A stretch of 64,000 nt of DNA from Candidatus Latescibacterota bacterium (GTDB taxonomy: Bacteria; Latescibacterota; UBA2968): positions 448,001 to 512,000 of the forward strand of contig OZ242010.1 in assembly GCA_965204745.1 (NCBI GenBank), read 5' to 3'. The translations under genes were made by a program, and so were the position numbers. Below the pieces are notes generated by a model that worked only from the letters and a program-made list of their open reading frames with translations, made no database searches and was not told the DNA's origin. Positions 10,046 through 20,104 of this stretch are shown piece after piece; within the stretch, counting starts at the first letter, position 1, and every line of letters begins with the position of its first letter.

Positions 10046-10927
10046 CTACGGTTGTGTTTTCACTTTCAGCGCGTTGGGAACGACCTCAACTGTCGCGGGG
10101 GTCTCGCACACGGGTTCGCCGTCGGCAAAGACCCACATGGGATCATCCGCCTCAATCCGCAGGGTCTTGGTTTGCGCGACCTGCACCGCAGGATGACCAA
10201 CGTGCGCGCCAGAATACGCCCGCAACAACAGCCGCAAGACCCGCCAACGCGGCACATCGGACACCCGGCACACATCCAGCACGCCATCATCTAACACGGC
10301 ACTCGGTGCAACTTTGATCCCGCTCCCGTAAAAAGGCGTGTTCGCCGTTGCCGCCAGCAGAACGCGCCCGTCCAAAACGCCAAAATCTCCTGTGAGACGC
10401 ACCAGCGGAGATCGATATTGGCCCAGCGTTTGCAAAATTGCCAGCCCATAAGCCATCGTCCCACCCAATCGCAACGCCTGATCGCGCACCCGTCGCGCCA
10501 CTGCGGTATCGAATCCCAAACTCGCAACGGTCGCAAAGAACCGGCCCCCGATTTTCCCCAGATCCATCGCCCGCACCCGGCCGTGCATCAGCGCATTGAC
10601 AACGCCGTTCACATCCTTGGGCAATCCCAATGCCCGCGCCAAATCATTCCCGCGACCACATGGCACAATGCCCAAAACCGCGCCTGAATGCGCGAGGCCA
10701 TTGATCACTTCGTGGATCGTGCCATCCCCACCACACGCCGCAACCCGTTGCACACCCCGCGCCAATGCTTCCCGCGTCAACCGCTCGCAATCCCCCCGCG
10801 CTTTCGACACCACCAGATCAGCCCCCACCCCGCGCTGCCGCAACTCCCCCACAACCCGCTCCCCCAAGCGCGTTGCCCGGCCGCGCCCCGAACTGGGATT
10901 TGCGATGATCGTCCAATGAGTTGGCAT
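10046..10927 (-). CDS. Diacylglycerol/lipid kinase family protein (YegS/DAGK-like)
   Basis: IIANPSSG, CGGDGTIHEV, GRGNDLAR, YGSG, ADGE motifs; start at MPTHW. Confidence 0.9.
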   Translation of the reverse strand: MPTHWTIIANPSSGRGRATRLGERVVGELRQRGVGADLVVSKARGDCERLTREALARGVQRVAACGGDGTIHEVINGLAHSGAVLGIVPCGRGNDLARALGLPKDVNGVVNALMHGRVRAMDLGKIGGRFFATVASLGFDTAVARRVRDQALRLGGTMAYGLAILQTLGQYRSPLVRLTGDFGVLDGRVLLAATANTPFYGSGIKVAPSAVLDDGVLDVCRVSDVPRWRVLRLLLRAYSGAHVGHPAVQVAQTKTLRIEADDPMWVFADGEPVCETPATVEVVPNALKVKTQP

Positions 10928-10929
10928 GA

Positions 10930-11170
10930 GGCGGTAAGAGGCAAAAGGTGAGACGCAAGACGGGAGAGGCAAGAGGTGGGACGCAAGAGGCAAGAGGCAA
11001 GATGGAAGTTTAGCCACAAAAGGCACAAAAGGCACAAAAGGCACAAAAGGCACAAAAGGCACAAAAGGCACAAAAGGCACAAAAGACATAAAAGACACGA
11101 GCGGGGTACAACTGAAGATAGCCCGTTCAAAGGCGAACCGTGTGTAGGGGCGATGCCCCCGTGCTCGCCC
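10930..11170 (+). repeat. Composite intergenic repeat: GAGAGGC-type 7-mers + (CACAAAAGG)x9 + hairpin module + GTAGGGGCG REP-like unit
   Basis: Nine 9-mers at 11015..11095; the same modules occur at 14664, 30924, 44520 (inverted) and 53992 (inverted). Confidence 0.9.
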
Positions 11171-11187
11171 GAAGATACAAGACGGGA

Positions 11188-11286
11188 GGGAGAAGTAACA
11201 CCCTGTCTGAATCGCGGATTAAACGGATTACGCGGATTAGGGCACGCAGGTAGGGCAGAGGATGCAGAGAGGCGAAGCATGTGCTG
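11188..11286 (+). repeat. Dispersed ~97-bp repeat, copy 2
   Basis: Direct copy of 9875..9971. Confidence 0.9.
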
Positions 11287-11445
11287 TATTTGCGGTGAGC
11301 ACCCGATTCTTGATTGCGTTCGGGGTCAATTGGTTTTCCTGGGTCATCATTGCTCCTCATTAACGTCGCGGGATTGAATAATCGGGTATTGGACATTCGC
11401 TTTTGTCACTGGCAACGACATAGGGGCTGAATGACACGGCGAGGA

Positions 11446-12828
11446 CTAATCCGCGCCCTTGTCTTCGCCGCGAAGGTCGGGGGAGGAGATTGGACGGACA
11501 TCCGTTTCGATGGGATTGGGGGCCGCGATCTGTTGCTCGTCAACCGTTGCGCCGAGGTCTTCCAAGCGTCGCGCTTGCACGAGGACGCGCCTCTCAAGCG
11601 AACCAATACTATCGTTGTAGCAAGTCACGGCTTTATGCAATGCCTTGCCGACCTCGCCGACATGACCGCCGTAGGTCCGAATGCGGCCGTAGAGTTCCCC
11701 TGCGGCTTGGGCGATCTTTTCGGCATTTTCCTGAACTTTGGCTTGTTGCCAGCCGATAGCGATGGTGCGGAGTAGCGCGATGAGCAGGCCGGGCGTTGCG
11801 ATGAGGACGCGGTGTTGCTTCCAAGCGTCGTCCCATACGCCCACCTTGGCACGCTCGGCAGCGTCGAGGATGGCGTCGTGTGGAACGTACATCACGGCAA
11901 AGTCGAATGACCCGGGAATCGAACTTGTGTACTCGCGGCCTGAGAGTTCCTTAGCGCGTGCGGCGAGCGCATCGGCATGGCGGCGGAAATGCGTCTGCTG
12001 TTGCCGAGGGTCTTCTGTCTCGAACGCGTCGAGGTAGGCGTCCATCGGCGCCTTGGCGTCAACCACGATCTGCTTGTCGCCGGGGATCGTAACCACCATA
12101 TCGGGGCGAAGGCGTCGTCGGTCTGTGCCTACCGAAGGTTGCTCTATGAACTCGACATGTTCGAGCATGCCCGCGGCTTCAACGACCCGGCGCAGTTGCT
12201 GTTCTCCCCAGTCTCCGCGTTCGCGCGTGGAGCGTAAGGCACGGTGCAACTGATTGGTTTCGCTACGGAGTTGGATGATTTCTCGTCGCGCTTGTTTAAC
12301 AGCTTCATGCACCTGCACATAGGCGCCCTCGCGTTCCCGTTCGATTTCGCCGACGTGCTTTTGCAATTTTTCGAGCGTTTCGCCGACGGGTTTAACGAGA
12401 TTGTCAACGGCGATCTGGCGGGACTCGAGATCTTTGTCCGACAACTCGCGCTGGCGTTTGAACGCTTCCTGTGCCTGCTTGCGAAATTCCTCGCTCGTGT
12501 CTTGCACAACCTGCGACGCGATGCCCTTGAAATGCGTGTCGAGTTGCTCCTGCGTCCGCTTCATCTCTTCTTGCCTCGTCTGATCCTCGGCACGTACCTT
12601 GGCGAGTTCTTGAGTTGTAGTCGATAGTTTCTCGCTGACTTCTGCCAAGCGTTTCTGGGCTTCATCTCGCTGGCTGGTGCGTTCTTCAAGTGCGATGCTC
12701 CGTTCGGCGAGTTGGACTTGCAGGTTCTTCAACTCGTCTGCGTCGGCCATGTTGTACTTCCGTGCGACGGTGAAGGCTATACCAAACCCGGCGAGTAGCC
12801 CTACGATGAGTGCGACAACGATCTCCAT
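11446..12828 (-). CDS. rmuC: DNA recombination protein RmuC
   Basis: N-terminal TM helix, coiled coil, RGDWGEQQLRRVVEAAGM, RPDMVV, VVDAKAP, IATPGLLIALL. Confidence 0.92.
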   Translation of the reverse strand: MEIVVALIVGLLAGFGIAFTVARKYNMADADELKNLQVQLAERSIALEERTSQRDEAQKRLAEVSEKLSTTTQELAKVRAEDQTRQEEMKRTQEQLDTHFKGIASQVVQDTSEEFRKQAQEAFKRQRELSDKDLESRQIAVDNLVKPVGETLEKLQKHVGEIEREREGAYVQVHEAVKQARREIIQLRSETNQLHRALRSTRERGDWGEQQLRRVVEAAGMLEHVEFIEQPSVGTDRRRLRPDMVVTIPGDKQIVVDAKAPMDAYLDAFETEDPRQQQTHFRRHADALAARAKELSGREYTSSIPGSFDFAVMYVPHDAILDAAERAKVGVWDDAWKQHRVLIATPGLLIALLRTIAIGWQQAKVQENAEKIAQAAGELYGRIRTYGGHVGEVGKALHKAVTCYNDSIGSLERRVLVQARRLEDLGATVDEQQIAAPNPIETDVRPISSPDLRGEDKGAD

Positions 12829-12984
12829 TGAGGAATCTCCTTTCTGTTGGCGTCTCGCATTTCCCCTAAGATCACTTGTTGCAACAGTCGAACTTGGGGA
12901 CTAAGACCACTTTGGGGTTACGCAAGAGCGTGAGTTGTTGAGGGGGTTGGCTCGTTCTGATTTTTTGTTTTTATGACGGCCTTC

Positions 12985-13797
12985 TTACAATTCGGGTGGC
13001 GAGTCGTGGTCTTTCATTTTTCGCTTCACCAGCCATTCGACGATTTTGGGATGGATCAGTTGTAGCCACGGGAGGGTGCGGAGTTTCCAAGGGATCACGA
13101 GTTCGCGCTTTTGTTTTTGCATGGCGGTCAAAATGGCCTCGCAACACTTCTTGACGGGAATCGCCTCTTTGGTATGGTGCTGTGAGGCCGCGCCGCGGGC
13201 CGCACCATCTTTGCCCAGCGCGCCTTGTCGCAAATTCGTGCCCTGAAGCCAGTGCGGCAAGACCGTCAAGATATGCATGTCAGGGACTTCCATTTGCAGG
13301 GCTTTCAGAAAGCCCAACACCGCGTGCTTGGACGCCGCGTACCCCGTGTGCAGGGGCACGCCGATCTTGCCTTGCACAGACGCAATGCCCACCAGCATGC
13401 CCTTGGACGCGGTCATATATGGCAATGCCGCATGCGCGCAATAGACCAAACCGAGGTAATTGGTCTCCATCAATTTGCGAAACACGCCCATATCTTCCAC
13501 CTCGTCAAACCGCGCCCACATGCTGATCCCGGCATTGGCGATCAAAAAATCGATGCGGCCAAATTCCGCTATGGCTACATCGACCAAGCGCGCGCAATCT
13601 TCCACCCGCGTGACATCGCCGGGCACGGGGACCACGCGCACGCCGCACGCCCGACATCGATCCGCTGTCTCGCCGAGCATTGCCTCGCGCCGCGCAAACA
13701 GCACCAAGTGCGCGCCGCGTTTTGCCAGTGCCAGTGCCAATGCGGCCCCCAGCCCGGAAGACGCGCCCGTAATGATTGCAACTTTATTGCGAAACAT
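12985..13797 (-). CDS. SDR family oxidoreductase (DHRS7B-like; candidate acyl/alkyl-DHAP reductase)
   Basis: TGASSGLG, NAG, YAASKHA; the specific substrate is inferred from context only. Confidence 0.85.
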   Translation of the reverse strand: MFRNKVAIITGASSGLGAALALALAKRGAHLVLFARREAMLGETADRCRACGVRVVPVPGDVTRVEDCARLVDVAIAEFGRIDFLIANAGISMWARFDEVEDMGVFRKLMETNYLGLVYCAHAALPYMTASKGMLVGIASVQGKIGVPLHTGYAASKHAVLGFLKALQMEVPDMHILTVLPHWLQGTNLRQGALGKDGAARGAASQHHTKEAIPVKKCCEAILTAMQKQKRELVIPWKLRTLPWLQLIHPKIVEWLVKRKMKDHDSPPEL

Positions 13798-14110
13798 CGC
13801 GCCTTTCTATCTTAAAGGTCGTGCGCCCCAAGTGCTCGAGTGCGCGTTCAAAGCTGACGAGGCGGCGGATGAGGCTATTGTAGCGGGAATGCGTATCTCG
13901 GGGATAGCGCGCGCCGAGGGCCTCGTAGAGTGCGCGTTCAGGATGATCGGGCAAATCCGGCGCGTGGGGAATCTCCAAACCCGCGGCGCGCAACCGCGGC
14001 GCGCCAATGGCGACGAGCAAGGCTTCCACTGTGATCTCGCCGCGTTTTAATGCTTCAATACCCGATAGCACGAGATCCGCGCCGGGGAGATTTTCCGGTA
14101 CTTTGGTCAT
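13784..14110 (-). CDS. Hypothetical protein, partner of the upstream nucleotidyltransferase
   Basis: 108-aa ORF coupled to the upstream gene by an ATGA overlap. Confidence 0.65.
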   Translation of the reverse strand: MTKVPENLPGADLVLSGIEALKRGEITVEALLVAIGAPRLRAAGLEIPHAPDLPDHPERALYEALGARYPRDTHSRYNSLIRRLVSFERALEHLGRTTFKIERRDVSQ

Positions 14111-14640
14111 CGCGCCTCCAGTGCGATTGTTGCTTTTTGCACCTTCTCGCGGAAGGACGCGGCGTCAATCGCGGGATAACGCACGAGATCCGGCGCAATG
14201 GCAGTGAAGAGCGCGGGCAGGCGCGTCGGGTCGATCAATCGCGCCCTGTACATCGCTTCCACATCGCGCAAATCCCGTTCATGACCGCGCTCGATTTTGG
14301 CGAGTGCCTGGGCGTAAAAGTCGTAATGAAAAAAATTGATCGGCCCATGCTGGTCGATGAATGCGCTGCGCTCTCGCCAGTTGGGAAGAGGAGGAATGAA
14401 GTCGTCGGGCGCCGCCAGTTCGACATTGATGTTCAAAGCATGCTTGGCGCGTGCGATAGCGTCGAAAACACCTGCGGGTTCCGGGGCGAGTTTGAGGTCG
14501 ATGTCCATCGTGGTCATTCGCCATCCGATCAGCACTGCCGAACTCCCGCCGACGAGATAAATCCGGCCTTCGCCTCGCGCCTCCGCGCCGAGATACCGCA
14601 TGAATTTCCGCACTTTCGCGGCATCGGTCATTTCCCGCAT
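14107..14640 (-). CDS. DUF6036-like nucleotidyltransferase
   Basis: IYLVGGSSAVL...TMDIDL (GG...DxD NTase motif), KIERGHERDLRD. Confidence 0.75.
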   Translation of the reverse strand: MREMTDAAKVRKFMRYLGAEARGEGRIYLVGGSSAVLIGWRMTTMDIDLKLAPEPAGVFDAIARAKHALNINVELAAPDDFIPPLPNWRERSAFIDQHGPINFFHYDFYAQALAKIERGHERDLRDVEAMYRARLIDPTRLPALFTAIAPDLVRYPAIDAASFREKVQKATIALEAR

Positions 14641-14663
14641 GGTAGTGTCCATTCATCTATAAT

Positions 14664-14835
14664 GGAAGTTTAGCCACAAAAGGCACAAAAGGCACGAGCG
14701 GGGTACAACTGGCGACAGCCAGTTCAAAGGTGAGCGATGCGTGTAGGGGCGGTGCCTCCGTGCCCGCACAATATCAAAATCAGTAGTCAGTGGTCAGTAG
14801 TCAGTGGTCAGTGGTCAGTGGTCAGTGGTCAGTAG
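14664..14835 (+). repeat. Composite repeat: (CACAAAAGG)x2 + AACTGGC-GCCAGTT hairpin + GTAG REP-like unit + (TCAGTRG)x8
   Basis: Same modules as at 10930; eight 7-mers at 14780..14835. Confidence 0.88.
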
Positions 14836-14948
14836 GTTGTGTTGACATTTGCGAGCAAAGCAACTGGCTTGAGCGGTTTATCGAGAAAATCAAGCCCTAT
14901 CGCAGAATATGCTCTCGGTTTGAGAAACTGGAATAGTCGCTCCTTATC

Positions 14949-15141
14949 GGGACCTACCCCCCTAGCCCCCCTTCCTGCGAGGAAGGGGGGAACTGTGAGC
15001 GGTTTTGCGAGGAGGGGATTGATGAGGGTATTTAATCGCTTTATGCCCTCGCAAAACGCCATCAGAGCAACCAGAGCGATAAGCCATCAAAGGAGCTTTA
15101 CTCCCCTTTCCTCGTAGGAAAGGGGCCGGGGGATAGGTCCC
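14949..15141. repeat. REPIN/MITE-like element with ~40-bp imperfect palindromic inverted ends
   Basis: GGGACCTACCCCCCTAGCCCCCCTTCCTGCGAGGAAGGGGGG (14949..14990) matches the reverse complement of 15101..15141. Confidence 0.7.
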
Positions 15142-15268
15142 CTCGCGCAACGCCATCAGAGCAACCTAAGCCATCAAAGGACCAAACGCCTTAAGTCAGC
15201 AAGCAACCCATTTGCTACTCTGTGCGTAACGTAAAAAAATAAAATGTCAACACGACCTTAATTCGTTT

Positions 15269-17098
15269 TCACTGTCCAAACGCGCCGTTGCCGATGGCGA
15301 AGATGTTGTTGGGGTCCATTGCCTTTTTCATCTGTTGCAGGACCGCGATGCTGTTTTCACTTTGGATTTGCGGCAAAAAGCCCCTGCGGAGTTTGCCTAT
15401 GCCGTGGTGGTGGGACAGGGAGCCGCCGCGGTCCAAAATTTCTTGGCGCAAGGCGTGCTCGATCTCGTGATAAACGCCCACGGCATCTGCAAGGCCCTGC
15501 CCGCAAAAGCCCATCGTAAAATAGATGCACACGCCCGTGTGGTAGGTCTGCGTCACGCGGTAGGCCAGATAGGGTTTGCCCGGGATGCCGTGCTTGTCGT
15601 GCAACGCGGTCAGGGTCGTTTCCACCGCGCCGATCACCTCGTGGATATTCGTCCACGGCACAGAAGTCTCAAAGGTCTCGCCCAAGATGTGAAACTGGCT
15701 GAAAAAATCGCGGATATACGCGATCCCAAACGTCAGCATATACCCGCGCTTGCCATTGCTCGCGCCGCCCGAAATCCCGCCGAATTGCTTCGCCAATTTG
15801 AAAATCGTCTTCGCCTGTTGCCGGACCTCGGCTTTGCTGCCCTCCATCACAACCGTACACGCCACCACCTGCTCGAGATCAAAGCCCTTGAGCTTGAACA
15901 GGAAAAACCGCTGAATCCCCTGCTCGACCTTCTTCAATCCGGTTGCCGCGGGCTTCAATGCCTGTCCAAAGCGAAACTCCGTGTTGTTCAGCAGGCGAAT
16001 GCTCGCGGGAATCTGTCCGGTCTGCCGCAGGGCTTTGAGATAGGCCACACCGCGTTCAAACGACGGAAACACCAGCGAGCCAAATCGCTGCGCTTCGGGC
16101 TGTTTGTGGATTTTGATCGTGGCGCGGGTGATGATCCCCAAATTGCCCTCGCTGCCAAACAAAAAGGATCGGGGTTGCACGCCTGTGGAATTGCGCGGCG
16201 TCGCGTGGCGCGTCTCGACCTCGCCGGTGGGCGTCACCAACTTGGCTTCCAGCACGATATCCTCGATATTGCCGTAGCGGTTCTTTTTCATGCCGCTGGC
16301 ATGGGTCGAAATCCACCCGCCCAGAGTCGAAAACTCCAAACTGTCCGGATCGTGCCCGGACGTGTAGCCCCGGTCATTGAGCACTCGCTCCAACTGCTTG
16401 CCGGAAATGCCCGCCTCCACGCACGCCTGCAAATTCTCCTCGTCCAACCACACCACGCGATTCATGCGCCGCATATCCACCGACGCGACCATCCGCTTTT
16501 CCGAAGGCGGAATCGCCAGCGCGCCGCTCACATTCGTCCCCCCGCCGTAGGGCACGAGCACCACATCATGCGCGTTTGCAAGGTGGATAATCTGCTGTAC
16601 ATCGGCCTCGCCCTGTGGAAACAGCACCACATCCACCAAGCGGTCCGGGAGGCGATGGTACAGAATTTGGTATACCTCATCCACGCTCAACTGCCCGTGG
16701 CTGTGCGTCAAACGCACGCGGTCGGTTAGCGAAACGCACTCCTCTGAAAGCACCTCGCGCACCGCATCTAAAAAACCCGCGTTTGCAATGGGCGCGGGCA
16801 AATCCCGGTGTTCGACCTCTTGCCCTATGTCTTCGGGGCGGATCGGCACGTCGATCACCTCTTCGACAAAGGGCAAAAAATACGGCATCTGATAGCCGCA
16901 CAGCGGGTACCGCGTGCCGGTCACATGCACGGTTCTGTCATCGTCAAATTCAAACCGCGTATCCGCATAGCCCCACTTGTGGTCGAACTGCTCGCCCTCT
17001 GCCCGATCAAAAAAATCGCCCTCCCGCGCATCAGCACGCCCCCATCGCATCAGCAAAAACACCAGCACCAACAACGCGACAAGCGTCAATTCAATCAT
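15269..17098 (-). CDS. Alkyl-dihydroxyacetonephosphate synthase (AGPS/ADPS-like FAD-linked enzyme)
   Basis: KWGYAD, PYGGGTNVS, GHDPDSLEFSTLGGWISTHASGMKKNRYGNIED, ETFETSVPW, RVTQTY...CIYF, GSLSHHHGIGKLR closely match eukaryotic AGPS motifs; N-terminal hydrophobic helix; RBS before ATG 17098. Confidence 0.9.
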   Translation of the reverse strand: MIELTLVALLVLVFLLMRWGRADAREGDFFDRAEGEQFDHKWGYADTRFEFDDDRTVHVTGTRYPLCGYQMPYFLPFVEEVIDVPIRPEDIGQEVEHRDLPAPIANAGFLDAVREVLSEECVSLTDRVRLTHSHGQLSVDEVYQILYHRLPDRLVDVVLFPQGEADVQQIIHLANAHDVVLVPYGGGTNVSGALAIPPSEKRMVASVDMRRMNRVVWLDEENLQACVEAGISGKQLERVLNDRGYTSGHDPDSLEFSTLGGWISTHASGMKKNRYGNIEDIVLEAKLVTPTGEVETRHATPRNSTGVQPRSFLFGSEGNLGIITRATIKIHKQPEAQRFGSLVFPSFERGVAYLKALRQTGQIPASIRLLNNTEFRFGQALKPAATGLKKVEQGIQRFFLFKLKGFDLEQVVACTVVMEGSKAEVRQQAKTIFKLAKQFGGISGGASNGKRGYMLTFGIAYIRDFFSQFHILGETFETSVPWTNIHEVIGAVETTLTALHDKHGIPGKPYLAYRVTQTYHTGVCIYFTMGFCGQGLADAVGVYHEIEHALRQEILDRGGSLSHHHGIGKLRRGFLPQIQSENSIAVLQQMKKAMDPNNIFAIGNGAFGQ

Positions 17099-17180
17099 TG
17101 TTTTTCTCCTCATTAAAATGACAACCGCATCCGATTTGTGAGTTCGCGTCTTTGACCTTCATCGCTCGGTTTTTCTCTCG

Positions 17181-18107
17181 TCAAATTTCGGGCGTGTTTT
17201 CATGACGTTCCGCATATTCTCTCGCTTGAATTGGGTCGTCCGCGTTCTTTTGCAATGAACGTTTGAAGAGCGCGATCTCTTTATCTATATCCCCCAAATC
17301 TTCGATATCCTCTCCGCGGGCGGCTTTGAGATGGAGGTTCAGGGCGTATTCGCAACACTGTGCGATGTATGTGATAAACTCGGTCAAATCTTCGGTTCTA
17401 TCGGCACGCGCCAACGCGCTGATGTATCGATCTCTTTCCTCAATGGGGATTAGAGCCACGGTGTATCCGTGTTTGATCAAGATCATATTCATCAAAAGCC
17501 GCGCCATGCGGCCATTCCCATCGTCGAAAGGGTGGATGCGGACAAAGCGGTAGTGAAACGCAGCAGCGATGACAATGGGATGCTCGCCCTCGGTTTCTCG
17601 CCTTCTGTACCAATCTAAGAGATCGCTCATCGCGGGTTTTACTCGGTCTGGCGGCGTAAAATAATACGTCTCATCGGTAGCGGTTCGCACATTGTTGGGC
17701 CGCGTCTTGTAGCTTCCAATGGCAATGCGTCGCTTTACGTGCTGCCCATCAGGCGTTATCGCGTCGTTTTTGTAAGGCTCTTTTAGCAATACTTTATGCA
17801 GATTGCGGATGAAAACCTCGTTGAGTGCCTCGTCTTTTTTTGCGGCTTCCTCGATGGCTTTGACCGCATCGTCGTGACCTTGGATATCCAGATGATCGCG
17901 CATGGATTTCCCGTGGGCGGTGAGGCCATGGAGAATCAGGCTTTTCGTTTCTCCGAGGGTTAGGCTGTTGCCCTCTACGGCATTGGAGTGATAATTCGAC
18001 TCGATCCTGAGCTTTTGCTCTATCCGTCTGATGACCTCGAGAGGCAATGGTCGCAAAGCGTCCAACTGCTTTTTCAACCGATCAATTTTTTCGATGGGGT
18101 TGCTCAT
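17181..18107 (-). CDS. Fic family protein (class II, with N-terminal inhibitory motif)
   Basis: HPFDDGNGRMAR Fic motif; SNAVEGN inhibitory (S/T)xxxE(G/N) motif. Confidence 0.9.
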   Translation of the reverse strand: MSNPIEKIDRLKKQLDALRPLPLEVIRRIEQKLRIESNYHSNAVEGNSLTLGETKSLILHGLTAHGKSMRDHLDIQGHDDAVKAIEEAAKKDEALNEVFIRNLHKVLLKEPYKNDAITPDGQHVKRRIAIGSYKTRPNNVRTATDETYYFTPPDRVKPAMSDLLDWYRRRETEGEHPIVIAAAFHYRFVRIHPFDDGNGRMARLLMNMILIKHGYTVALIPIEERDRYISALARADRTEDLTEFITYIAQCCEYALNLHLKAARGEDIEDLGDIDKEIALFKRSLQKNADDPIQAREYAERHENTPEI

Positions 18108-18135
18108 AGCTTGTCCTTTCGCTACTCGGGGGTTT

Positions 18136-20091
18136 TCAGCGTTCTTCCGGATTGAGCAGGGTGGCGATGTGGATGGCTTGGAACAGGGCCGCGGCTTCGG
18201 ATTGGATCCGCAGGGAGCGTCTTTTGGGCAACAGGGCCGTTTCCCCGAGCATGGGCGGGGAGACGCACACATCGACTCGGCCTGGGTTGATGTCGATATT
18301 GCCCTTTGGGCACTTGGGCCACAGCGCGTGCAGGCCGCGGTACGCGATAGGCACGATCACCACGTCTTGGGGCAGTTGGGCGAACACCCCGTGCTGGAGT
18401 GGAAATTGTTGAATGGCAAAGGCCGCGGTCGTCGCCATGGGGTAAATCACGCCCGGTCGATCTGCCAAGGCGTGGGCAACGCGCTGTGTGGTATGGCCCG
18501 CGGCGTGGGACCGCTCGAGCATCACGTACCCATCGACAGTCTCCAAAATCTCGTCAAATGCCTCGGAGGTCATCCCGAATTGCGTGATCTGTTTGGACCC
18601 GATCTTAATGCCCGAACGCGCCAGCCCGGTCCGCGCCAAAATCACGCACGGCTCGGGCCTGTCCCAACCCATAGCGTCCAAAAACGCGGGGGACTGCAAC
18701 ACCTCGTACAAAACCGGATGGTCGAACAAACTCTGATGCGTGGGCAAAAAGATGAGCCGCTGATTTTCCCCGGTGGCCCGCAGTGCGCGCATCACGGCTT
18801 CAAACTGCGGGTCGATCAACACATTGACCCGAATATCGAAAATCCCCAGCGTGCGATGCCCCCAATCGAGCCAGGCGCGCCACCCGGCTTCGCGGCGATG
18901 AATCGGGTCATCGCCTTTGTGCAGCAACTTCTTTTTGCGATGCCCGGTCCGAAGCGAAACCGCCATCCACTTGGCAAACCGCAGGCCGCGTTGCCATTTT
19001 GAAAACTGGGCACTGCGTCCGACATCGGGATATTCCAAAAAGCGTCCGCGTGTTGGAGTTGCGAGCAGCGGGGGCGTTTGCACGGGCGAAATGTCTTGCG
19101 ATGCGCGCTGGATTTGCGCGTTGACCGCGCGGATGAGTTGTGCGGACAGGTCGATCATATCCCGCGTCAAATAGCTGTACTCCTGCCCGTACCAATACAA
19201 CTTGGGCCGCAACTTGGTGGGGTCTTCCTGATGGGCAGATAAAAATTCGATCAACAATGCCTGGGCGCGGGCGATGTCATCGGCGATCCCCTGCAAACCG
19301 GACTCGGCAACCGCGCCGTGCAACCGCGCCAACGCCACCTCGGCATCGGCGATCACCTTCCACACGGACACCCCGAACCAGCCGAAGTTCGTCAGATAAT
19401 TGTAGCGCGTTGCCAGCAAGCCCCCGGCCGCGATCAAATTGAGGGTGCGCTGGGCGACATCTTGTAGCAAATCGCGCAACCTGCCCGTCACGCGCTCGCC
19501 ATCTGTATCGCAGACATAGACCTCGGCCCAATGCGCGTCATCGTCTAGCACCACATCCCCGAGCACCTCGGCGACTGCGCGGGCGTGCGACATCGGCACC
19601 TGCGTGATATGCACATGCGCGAGGGCCTCCTCCACGGCTTCGGGCGCGTGCAACTCCTCTTCGGCCAGTGCTTTCAAGTACAGGGATTGGTACAATTTCA
19701 AAAAATCTCGCGCATCGCCATGGCCCCGCGAGACGAATCGCGCCTTGAGTTGCAAATACATCTGCGTCCCCGCGTGGTATTGCGGCAACAAATCGGCGAC
19801 TGGGCGATACGCCTCGAGCAGCCGTTCATCGCGAATCGCGGGCAGGCCGCGAAAAATCGCATCCACAATTTGCGCGCGAAATTGCAATGCCTTCAAGTCC
19901 ATGCCCCCGCGCTGGGTTTTCGGCCAGACAGCCGGCGCGTCAAAGTCGTCAAAATAGCCATCGTGCGCGATGGCTTCGAGCATGCGCTGCACGGACTGGT
20001 CGTAAATCGCCCGCATCTGATCGGCGTCGTCGAGCAGGGTTTCGTGCAGGGGGCGAGGGTCTGATTTGTCGCGTGTCAGCATGGCGATCAA
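18136..20091 (-). CDS. PlsC-superfamily acyltransferase with long N-terminal extension (candidate DHAP acyltransferase)
   Basis: C-terminal PTHQSLFD (HxxxxD), VIYPMAT, IVPIAYRG. Confidence 0.7.
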   Translation of the reverse strand: MIAMLTRDKSDPRPLHETLLDDADQMRAIYDQSVQRMLEAIAHDGYFDDFDAPAVWPKTQRGGMDLKALQFRAQIVDAIFRGLPAIRDERLLEAYRPVADLLPQYHAGTQMYLQLKARFVSRGHGDARDFLKLYQSLYLKALAEEELHAPEAVEEALAHVHITQVPMSHARAVAEVLGDVVLDDDAHWAEVYVCDTDGERVTGRLRDLLQDVAQRTLNLIAAGGLLATRYNYLTNFGWFGVSVWKVIADAEVALARLHGAVAESGLQGIADDIARAQALLIEFLSAHQEDPTKLRPKLYWYGQEYSYLTRDMIDLSAQLIRAVNAQIQRASQDISPVQTPPLLATPTRGRFLEYPDVGRSAQFSKWQRGLRFAKWMAVSLRTGHRKKKLLHKGDDPIHRREAGWRAWLDWGHRTLGIFDIRVNVLIDPQFEAVMRALRATGENQRLIFLPTHQSLFDHPVLYEVLQSPAFLDAMGWDRPEPCVILARTGLARSGIKIGSKQITQFGMTSEAFDEILETVDGYVMLERSHAAGHTTQRVAHALADRPGVIYPMATTAAFAIQQFPLQHGVFAQLPQDVVIVPIAYRGLHALWPKCPKGNIDINPGRVDVCVSPPMLGETALLPKRRSLRIQSEAAALFQAIHIATLLNPEER

Positions 20092-20104
20092 CTTTCTTTT
20101 GCGG

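Noticed and set aside
11290-11350. Possible gene stub (RBS + MMTQENQLTPNAIKNRVL) on the minus strand running into a repeat
   Set aside because: Too short, with no recognisable family, to support a call.
10928-11377. ORF extensions encoding (FVP)n, (LLC)n or (KRH)n peptides
   Set aside because: These are translations of the non-coding 9-bp tandem repeat; the kinase starts at 10927.
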